From Octopus bimaculoides (lineage: Eukaryota): DNA of 64,000 bases. Under the pieces are notes generated by a model. It ran no database searches and had not been told where the DNA came from. It saw nothing but the letters and a program-made list of their open reading frames with translations. Positions 54,701-64,000 of this stretch are shown one piece after another. The translations under genes were made by a program, and so were the position numbers. Each line of letters opens with the position of its first letter. Position 1 is the stretch's first letter. The DNA is taken from positions 26,993,201 through 27,057,200 of the forward strand of contig NC_068983.1 of NCBI RefSeq assembly GCF_001194135.2, written 5' to 3'.

Positions 54701-55330
54701 TATCAGCAGATGAGCGGTTTTCATATTAGGTAGTATGAAATCTCTGCATACATTTCATGCAAAAGATTTCCATCAATTTGTTTTTTTCTCTTTTCAGCAA
54801 CGGAAGCTTCAAACGAATGTCAACTATGACGTAAAATTAGTTACTTAGAATATATTTCTGACAAGAATATTTTCTTTTTTAACATTAACATTACAAAATA
54901 TTGCCTCGAGAATCCTGCAAAAACTACTCATGGTTTTCAACTACACAAATCGAATTCCACGTACATAGAATTTGTAAATAATTCCCTATAACACATAACT
55001 TATCCCAAATATCAGTATCGTAGAAAATATTAACAGTATTGAGATTTGAATTAATTCGTGTTATATTATTTTGTACATATTTATATGTTATTTTCCAACA
55101 AATATAATCAATGGTAAACGAGAATAAATAATACTAAACAGACATTAAATAGTATACTTTCTAGTGTTCTGTGATCAGTTTTAGACGAAAATTTTACTTC
55201 AATGCTCAAAGCATAGTTTATGTCATCTATAGAAATGTTTGCTTAATGTCACATGTGACAAAGAGTTGATGAAAGGTTTACGTTCTACACTCTATACATA
55301 AACACACATATGCATACGTACATACACACA

Positions 55331-55389
<59 letters not shown>

Positions 55390-56164
55390 GTGTGTGCGTG
55401 TGTGTGTATGTATGCATATAATATATATGTGTATGTATGCATATATGTATATGTATGTGTGTTTGTGTAGTCATTGGTGTATAGGCCTATATATATCAGA
55501 TATTTTTAGATTACACCTATTCTACGTACGATATAGGGCTATGCAGAATAATAGGATATAGAAAACATTCAATAACTCATAAGAGATATATTGGGAATCA
55601 TTGCTGTTTTACACTTTACCCGAGGTCGAACGAACTATCTGTGCCAATATATATAAGCACCGCTGGGAAAGATTAACACGTTATACACGAGTAACATAGA
55701 CACGTTAATTACATTCGTGATCTAATAAAGATTGAAAACTTAGCACATTTTAAAGAGTGCTGCACTCAGATATGATGATTCGTACTCCACATCTTTAACG
55801 GTTACAATTCGCGTTCAGAATTCCAAACAACCTGATGATCTATGAGACCTCTATCATATGCATTGTATCAGAGCATATGAGTTTAGAATTATTATCGTTA
55901 TTAAAATATTGACATTAATTTTCTGGCATTTTCGACATCGCTACTGCTATGCAAATATCAACAATCGGTAATAATCATTAAAACTCTGTTATATAGTTTC
56001 AACATAGCTCTACTAACTGCTCTCAATTTGAATCCTTGGTTATCTATAATTCTTTTAATATTATAAAATTTTATGAAACAGAACATAGGTATGTATAAAT
56101 ACCTCTTCGTAATTTTACATGTATAATTTGATTAATTAGTAACAATGCAAAATAACGCGGCACG

Positions 56165-56245
56165 GAAGCAGAATCTTTATCACGCCGGACAAAATGCAGA
56201 TTTCTGTCCGTCTTGCTAGCCTTGTGCCAAAACTTGAAACCAATA
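56165..56245 (+). mobile_element. SINE family A, internally deleted (head fused to tail)
   Basis: gcagaatctttatcacgccggacaaaatgc...tttctgtccgtc joined directly to gccttgtgccaaaacttgaaaccaat. Confidence 0.6.
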
Positions 56246-57693
56246 AATGGGAAAACTATGTAATCTTCAATGACCTTAGATATGTTTCGGCTCAAAAATT
56301 GGTTCAGGCCATGTCTAATTTAATAGTACCATCAGATATATTCTGTCAAGTCATTTTAAAGTCAAGTTTTGTAGTATTGCTGTCTGGATTTGTCGTTGAC
56401 TGAGATGTAACCAAGAATAGGTGGCTTATCTGGTATGCTTTGAAGACAGTTGTCTAGATATTCGAAGAAGTGTTTCCCATTACCTAGAAACGATATCTAC
56501 CTTTAGTTAAGTTGCTACAGAATTGACATTGAGTCTCTGAGAATTGTGCAGGTTGCACATGTCTGTGAAATGCTTAACCACTTCAGCGTCATCGCGGGGA
56601 CAAGTTATTCACTTCACAAAACATGAAATCATAAATCATACTCATGGTATAACGGAGTTCCACCCCTAGCGGCATTCGATGTCATTGAACAGTAAAATGC
56701 ATTCGTACGAGTTATATGAAATAAAGTATTTTACGAGAAGAACGATACCTTTCCTTCCCAGGTGAATGTGTGTCTTTTTGCAGGCAGTATAATGTACACC
56801 TTCTACAAGTTATACGATATATTTCATTTAATTGTTACATGTTATACTTCATTTAGCAGTTATATGACAAGCCTCTTTTACATGTAATTTTACATGTAAT
56901 ATTAAATACAAACTGCCCCTTCGTACGCATATGAAAGACACGAACTGTTTAGGTAAAGTGAATTGAACTATTCATATCTCCAATATCATATATGCCATAA
57001 CGGTTATCGTAAGCTTACACTATCACGCATCAATCACCACATATTTTAATATATTATAGAGTAGGTGTCAGTTTGCAAAGTAATCTGGTAGCAAACAGCA
57101 AGTCACAGCCAAACTTAGACAACGCATTTGAAATCATATTACATAATGATTCATTGAATAGAAACCATTAAAGGAAATACATGGACGACATGTCTCTAAT
57201 TTCCTCCTTCCACAAACGTTTATATACATTTTATAGACCAATTGACCAATGTTATGGTCATGGTAGTAAATCATTAGATTAAAGTAACATGTGATTTGAG
57301 AAGAAGAGAAAAAGTGAAAGAGAGAGAGAAAGAGAGAAAGATCCTAAATCGTATGAGTCACCCAAACAACATTTTATTCTCATTTATGAAAGATTAACTT
57401 CCATAGGATTGCTAATGAAGCGTAAAGGGGGTGTTAAATTCTAAAGGATGTAATTACATTTTCTGAACAATTTAAAGGAAATCTCTTGGTGCAGGTATAG
57501 GTGTTTAGTTACAAGCGATCATCTTAGAAGGGCGTGTTTCTGGATTCAATATCACTGTAAAGCATCTAGGGTGATGTGGGAACTAATAAAGACAGGTATT
57601 TCCAATGACCTATTAGAGGAATTTGCTAGTCGGTTACACTTTGACATATATATCCATTTTTCTTATTTCCCTCTTTCCCTGCCTCGCTATCTA

Positions 57694-57742
<49 letters not shown>

Positions 57743-57752
57743 NNNNNNNNNN

Positions 57753-57793
<41 letters not shown>

Positions 57794-59056
57794 CGTGCGT
57801 GCGTGCGTACGTGTGTTTACGTGCGCTCGTTTTTGTATGAATGTCTATGTGTGTGCATACTAGTTTGCAGAATAAAGGATTTCACATTCCATAGAAAAAT
57901 GGCTCGATATTTTACGAAGAGATTCGTGAAAAAAAAAAGGGGCAGCAACAAATGAACGCTTAGGGAAGAAAATATGCACAGGCCAAGACACAAGCAAGTA
58001 CACCATCATTCTGCAATAAATTCGATATATTATCATTAGGATATGATTACTTCACCTTCTTAAGCGTTTTATAATCAATTCTACCAACGGATTGTGTTGG
58101 AAAAGAATACCTTCAAACAGATAATAAAGACAAGACAGGGCAACAGCAAATATAGGAAACCTTCCGTATGAAAGATATATCTGTTGAAATAAGGAAGAAT
58201 TCGCACGTATAGCTGAGACAAATAAAACATACAATCTAATGATGAAGGATATTAAACTCGGAAAGTCTTTCGTCCGGGGTGAAAGTTGCAATAAGCCAGG
58301 AATGACTATATGCAATGTAATGATAAGATAGAAAAGATATATATCAATGGATTTTAGCATTTGTAGAGACGAAGTGACAGGTAACAAATCTAATGTTCTA
58401 AAAGAAAGGAGAATGCATAATCAGTAGAATTAGAATCATGAGAACTCAGAAAGGCATCTTGGGAAATAAACACACACACACCGGCACAACCAATATCAAA
58501 GATTGATTATCTACGCTAAAAAACGAGACGAAGAAAGAGGTGTAAAGGAATGTATAGGGAAGAAGAAAAAGAGACAGAAACAAGGATGACGACGACTAAG
58601 ATGTTGAAGAGGAGAGAGAGAAAGAGAAAAAAGTGTGGAGAAAAAGAATACGGAAAAGATTGAGAGTGAGAGGTGAGAAAAGAAGTGGACATAAAGTAAG
58701 ATGTGAGGAAAATAATAGAAGTTATATCCGAAGATGTAGGTGATGAGATTGATGAATATTAAACAAACGAAAACTTTGATTTATTTCAACTTAATATTGT
58801 TAATAAAGAAACATGGAATCAGCTACTTGACTGATAGTTATATGGCACGTATTGTGATGAAAAATATAATTCACCAGAAAAATATGTTTAGAAAATCGTG
58901 TATATAGTCATTTTTATAATATATTTGCTTGTTGCTTTAGATAGTCTATAATACATATATGTACATGAATTTGTTCATTGATTTAAATTCGTATTCACAC
59001 ACTCACACAAAGGTAAGTAGGTAGATAGATAGATATATAGATAGATAGATAGACAG

Positions 59057-59096
<40 letters not shown>

Positions 59097-59602
59097 NNNN
59101 NNNNNNNNNNNNNNNNNNNNNNNNNNNNNNNNNNNNNNNNNNNNNNNNNNNNNNNNNNNNNNNNNNNNNNNNNNNNNNNNNNNNNNNNNNNNNNNNNNNN
59201 NNNNNNNNNNNNNNNNNNNNNNNNNNNNNNNNNNNNNNNNNNNNNNNNNNNNNNNNNNNNNNNNNNNNNNNNNNNNNNNNNNNNNNNNNNNNNNNNNNNN
59301 NNNNNNNNNNNNNNNNNNNNNNNNNNNNNNNNNNNNNNNNNNNNNNNNNNNNNNNNNNNNNNNNNNNNNNNNNNNNNNNNNNNNNNNNNNNNNNNNNNNN
59401 NNNNNNNNNNNNNNNNNNNNNNNNNNNNNNNNNNNNNNNNNNNNNNNNNNNNNNNNNNNNNNNNNNNNNNNNNNNNNNNNNNNNNNNNNNNNNNNNNNNN
59501 NNNNNNNNNNNNNNNNNNNNNNNNNNNNNAGATAGATAGATACATAGATAAAACTTACTATGAAATGGATGCGTGGCGTTCGATCATATAATAATATAAA
59601 TA

Positions 59603-59646
<44 letters not shown>

Positions 59647-59710
59647 GTGTGTGCGTGTGTGTGTGCGTGTGTGTGTGTGTGTGTGTGTTTGTGTGTACAT
59701 AGCTGCCTAT

Positions 59711-60399
59711 ACATGAATATATGCGTACAGGACGTCAAAAAACGTGAACAAAATGAGAATGAGAACAGAAAAACTAAGACATGGAAAACGAACTTTCTTT
59801 TCGAACCACCAAAGAAACAAATAGAGAACCGAGACAAGCAACATAAATAACTTTCCCTTCATAAGTTGTCCCCTGCTTTATCTACTCCGTGTTTTGAACG
59901 TAGGGATAAAACTCGACTTCCATAAAACAGTCGTTCCCGCAAAGCAAAAAAGAAAAAAAAAATTACCATTTGGGAGGGTTAAAGTTGTGACAAAAACAAG
60001 ACAGTGAGAACAAAACAGTAAAATTAAACGGTGAGTGGTGTTAAGCCATAACAAGGTAAAGTGGTGAACGCTTGAGAATCGAACTTTGAGAAGAGACAGG
60101 CAAATGCATGGAAGGAAGTGGAAGAAAGAAAGTTAGCTTGCCGTTGGTTACGTGTGGGCAACGAGAGAGTCAACGAAGAAGAGTGATAAAGAGAGAGGGA
60201 ACGGTGAAGGGGAGAGGAGAATAATTTGAGAAAGAGTGGGAGACAAAAACAGAAGCGAAGAAGAAAAAGAGAGGGAGATAGGCTGTAGAGTGTGCATCGG
60301 AATTATTAAAATAAAACTTTGAAATGGATGCTTGTGTTTTATGTTCTCTTTCTGATTTTGTTCACGTTTTTTTTTACGTCCTGTACCCATATATGCATG
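59711..60399. repeat. Inverted repeat pair (~57-bp arms at 59711-59767 and 60342-60399, ~575-bp spacer)
   Basis: acatgaatatatgcgtacaggacgtcaaaaaacgtgaacaaaatgagaatgagaaca versus the reverse complement tcatgcatatatgggtacaggacgtaaaaaaaaacgtgaacaaaatcagaaagagaaca. Confidence 0.85.
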
Positions 60400-62496
60400 A
60401 ATATATACATACATAGATAGGGATGTACATATGTGTATACATGTANNNNNNNNNNNNNNNNNNNNNNNNNNNNNNNNNNNNNNNNNNNNNNNNNNNNNNN
60501 NNNNNNNNNNNNNNNNNNNNNNNNNNNNNNNNNNNNNNNNNNNNNNNNNNNNNNNNNNNNNNNNNNNNNNNNNNNNNNNNNNNNNNNNNNNNNNNNNNNN
60601 NNNNNNNNNNNNNNNNNNNNNNNNNNNNNNNNNNNNNNNNNNNNNNNNNNNNNNNNNNNNNNNNNNNNNNNNNNNNNNNNNNNNNNNNNNNNNNNNNNNN
60701 NNNNNNNNNNNNNNNNNNNNNNNNNNNNNNNNNNNNNNNNNNNNNNNNNNNNNNNNNNNNNNNNNNNNNNNNNNNNNNNNNNNNNNNNNNNNNNNNNNNN
60801 NNNNNNNNNNNNNNNNNNNNNNNNNNNNNNNNNNNNNNNNNNNNNNNNNNNNNNNNNNNNNNNNNNNNNNNNNNNNNNNNNNNNNNNNNNNNNNNNNNNN
60901 NNNNNNNNNNNNNNNNNNNNNNNNNNNNNNNNNNNNNNNNNNNNNNNNNNNNNNNNNNNNNNNNNNNNNNNNNNNNNNNNNNNNNNNNNNNNNNNNNNNN
61001 NNNNNNNNNNNNNNNNNNNNNNNNNNNNNNNNNNNNNNNNNNNNNNNNNNNNNNNNNNNNNNNNNNNNNNNNNNNNNNNNNNNNNNNNNNNNNNNNNNNN
61101 NNNNNNNNNNNNNNNNNNNNNNNNNNNNNNNNNNNNNNNNNNNNNNNNNNNNNNNNNNNNNNNNNNNNNNNNNNNNNNNNNNNNNNNNNNNNNNNNNNNN
61201 NNNNNNAACAAACACGCACACACACACAGACATACACACACAAACCCATACATAGATACTACGTATGTGTTTGTATGTAAAGGGTAAATCACAAACATGG
61301 CGGCGTGCGTTCACCTTAGCGATTGACAAATGTACATGTAAGAAAAAGAACACAGAAGTAGTATACTCATAAATTACAATTCAATGTGTTCAACATATAT
61401 CTTCAATGTGGTGCCCTAGCAAGACTGCTTTTATATGAGTGAAAATAAGAAAAGTTTATAAGATGAAGATAGCGCAGCTATCAATTCCACAGTTTAAATC
61501 CTGTTTTGGTCCCACGTGGGGAGATAAAACTAAGTAAAAATCCTAACCTTACGTTTGCAATAGGCAGCGTTTTGGGAAAACTGTATTTTCATACACATTA
61601 GTTGAAAGCCAGTCTTTTGTGTTACTTATCTATACTTATAACAAAAACAGAGGAAAAAATAGTTCACGATAATTGAAGCAATTACAATGTGTAGAAATTT
61701 TTACATTTATATCTCAAATAAATTAACTTTAAAAAAAAAGTATCGTTCTTTTCATATTTATCTTCGTTTCCATTAGTTTCTTTCGATCTACCTTACTTCG
61801 GTATATTTTAATCATACGTTTAGACTTGTAACCTTCCTATAAGATTTTTTCCCCTTCTTCTAAAGATTAAAAAAGACATTACATAAGTGAACAAAGCCAA
61901 TTCAACATTTCCTACAAGTAAAGATAATAAACTCTACTTTGAAAAATAGAAAGAGTGATATAAAAAAATATATAGAATGAAAATAATTTCAAATAGTGCT
62001 TAAAGAACAATAAAAATACTACTAAGTTGAAACAAAAATAGAAAATTCAGGGTGTGTAACGAGCATGTTTACTAATACTAGTTGAATTGACAGAAAAATC
62101 AGTCTGCAAAAATTTTGTCTCAAAAGAGAGATTGTACCAAAATAGTAGTCAAGAAAATAAAACAGACTACAAAATACACTCTCTCCATTTACAGTGTAGT
62201 ACTGTTATGAATTCTTCATTAAAATGTCATATTTGTCTATAGGCTTGTTGTGTAAGGAACTTAATGGGTCGGTGATTATGTAAAAAGCATACATTCATAC
62301 ATAGAGCTAGGAGTACGGGCATAATACGCACAAACACACACGAACGCAAAGAGAGTCACACACGCGACAAACACTAAAACATGAAGAAATACATATACTG
62401 TCTACACAGGTACATTTATCCACAAACAAAATCACGTATAGATATATGTGCGTGTAACATCAAGCATTGAAATATGAGCAACCCTAAATATAAATG

Positions 62497-62539
<43 letters not shown>

Positions 62540-62560
62540 TCTGTTAAAGATTGTCATACC

Positions 62561-62600
62561 GGCCATGACGAAGGGAAATAGCCCTGAAACTCGAGTCGCC
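62561..62600 (+). ncRNA. Minimal type I hammerhead ribozyme motif (core variant)
   Basis: GGC-CATGACGA-AGGG-aaatag-CCCT-GAAA-CTCGAG-TC^-GCC. Helix I is GGC/GCC, helix II is AGGG/CCCT, helix III is palindromic (ACTCGAGT) and the triplet is GUC. The core has one extra A relative to CUGANGA. Confidence 0.65.
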
Positions 62601-62602
62601 TT

Positions 62603-62634
<32 letters not shown>

Positions 62635-63095
62635 TATATATTTGATCCTTTATATTGAACACTCAATATTTCATCTACATTCAATACTTTATTTCATGGT
62701 GCCATCCATTTTTATTTTATTTTATATTATATATTGTATATTATATTATATATTGTATATTCNNNNNNNNNNNNNNNNNNNNNNNNNNNNNNNNNNNNNN
62801 NNNNNNNNNNNNNNNNNNNNNNNNNNNNNNNNNNNNNNNNNNNNNNNNNNNNNNNNNNNNNNNNNNNNNNNNNNNNNNNNNNNNNNNNNNNNNNNNNNNN
62901 NNNNNNNNNNNNNNNNNNNNNNNNNNNNNNNNNNNNNNNNNNNNNNNNNNNNNNNNNNNNNNNNNNNNNNNNNNNNNNNNNNNNNNNNNNNNNNNNNNNN
63001 NNNNNNNNNNNNNNNNNNNNNNNNNNNNNNNNNNNNNNNNNNNNNNNNNNNNNNNNNNNNNNNNNNNNNNNNNNNNNNNNNNNNNNNNNNNNNNN

Positions 63096-63147
<52 letters not shown>

Positions 63148-63329
63148 GATTGATACATTGATGTTCTGGATCGGAACATGTGGAGTTGTGTTGTTTCGAC
63201 AGGTTGCAACACCTGAGAGGCAAAAGTGATTCCGCATTATGAGCTTCGATGGGCCTGTCGCAAAGGAACAAGGGGAACTGAAATCAACAGTCAACATTGG
63301 ATACGTAACGTGTTGATCGTGCCCTATTT

Positions 63330-63600
63330 TGAAAAGTAGGGTACGTGAAATATATGGAGTCACATGAAAATTGAATACCTAAGTAGGTAATAATTTTGAA
63401 CACCAACCGCTTCTTAAAATTTCTGTCGTATGTCACGCTATTTGTATGACAATATCTGGGCTTGAAAAACATATGCTAGTTCACAGAAAACATTCTTCCA
63501 GAAGCAGATTCCAAAGGCCAAAGACTGTCAGTCAGCTGCTGGTCTTAAAAAGTTATTTAGAGCTAATTAAAGGAAGTATTGTGGTGTGTGATGAGGTGTG
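63330..63600 (-). mobile_element. Possible decayed PLE GIY-YIG C-terminal relic
   Basis: Weak motifs ILPLISS..LTVFGL (about LPVxxHF..LSVFG) and KKRLVFKIITYLGIQFS (about ExRLIFxLGT..GLN..FS). Confidence 0.3.
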
Positions 63601-63724
63601 GTGCGTGTGTTGACGGGACGGGTTATCATTTGTGAAAATGAAAGAATATTCATATACCTATATTAATGTTTTGATTTATATAAGTATATATATATATATA
63701 TATATATATAAAGTGTAGTATATT

Positions 63725-63848
63725 GCCACTTAAGTGTGGCTGACCCCTAGGGGTGGATGTTACTGTTGCTTTTAGCCCCAGGAGGACATCTCCTCCAGCT
63801 GGCTTATCGACACACGACTGTGTCCTGTTTGCCAAGGGAGTTATCCCT
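63725..63848. other. Cluster of five consecutive hairpins in a GC-rich repeat-like segment
   Basis: GCCAC/GTGGC (63725-63740), ACCCCTAGGGGT palindrome (63743-63754), GGAGGA/TCCTCC (63781-63796), GACAC/GTGTC (63809-63824) and AGGGA/TCCCT (63835-63848). Confidence 0.8.
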
Positions 63849-63867
63849 CTCACCTCGGCCAGCAGCA

Positions 63868-63912
63868 CGAACGTATCCGGATTTCAGGGTTATTTCCCTT
63901 CGTCGGCGTTCG
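63868..63912 (-). ncRNA. Minimal type I hammerhead ribozyme motif (U4C core variant)
   Basis: The minus strand reads CGAACG-CCGACGA-AGGG-aaataa-CCCT-GAAA-TCCGGA-TA^-CGTTCG. Helix I is a perfect 6 bp, helix II is 4 bp, helix III is palindromic (ATCCGGAT) and the triplet is AUA. There is a single deviation from CUGANGA. Confidence 0.75.
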
Positions 63913-64000
63913 ACAGCTGATGACCTTGGTGAGAGAGAAAAACCTGGCAGACCTTATATCTTCTTTTCCAGTGGCATTCTTCACTGATATTGAAAAGGTG

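Noticed and set aside
57490-57575. Very diverged SINE family B head
   Set aside because: The similarity is too low to list as a supported feature.
63917-63950. CTGATGA...GAAA on the plus strand next to the hammerhead
   Set aside because: There is no helix II between the cores and no closing helices.

Overview
AT-rich, microsatellite-saturated animal genomic DNA from a draft assembly, with 13 N-gaps totalling about 6.7 kb, almost all flanked by (TA)n, (CA)n, (GA)n or trinucleotide repeats. The recurring tRNA-derived SINE families and the repeat landscape look like a coleoid cephalopod, probably Octopus; this is recall-based inference, not a database result. No host protein-coding gene can be called, and the window reads as intronic or intergenic. 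It holds many decayed mobile elements: about 8 Penelope-like element (PLE) fragments (N-terminal, RT, thumb and GIY-YIG parts), four Tc1/mariner transposase relics, a Tc1-type MITE, CR1/Jockey-group and L1/Tx1-like LINE relics, and two SINE families. The most notable signal is at the right end. Two minimal type I hammerhead ribozyme motifs (62561-62600 on +, 63868-63912 on -) share helix II but differ covariantly in helices I and III, and each has a non-canonical core. The second sits beside five consecutive hairpins. Other points of interest are a 149-nt fold-back, an inverted repeat pair, a local ~140-bp duplication, inverted PLE and LINE junctions, and one unexplained 119-codon ORF. All family assignments come from manual translation and motif recognition; no searches were run.
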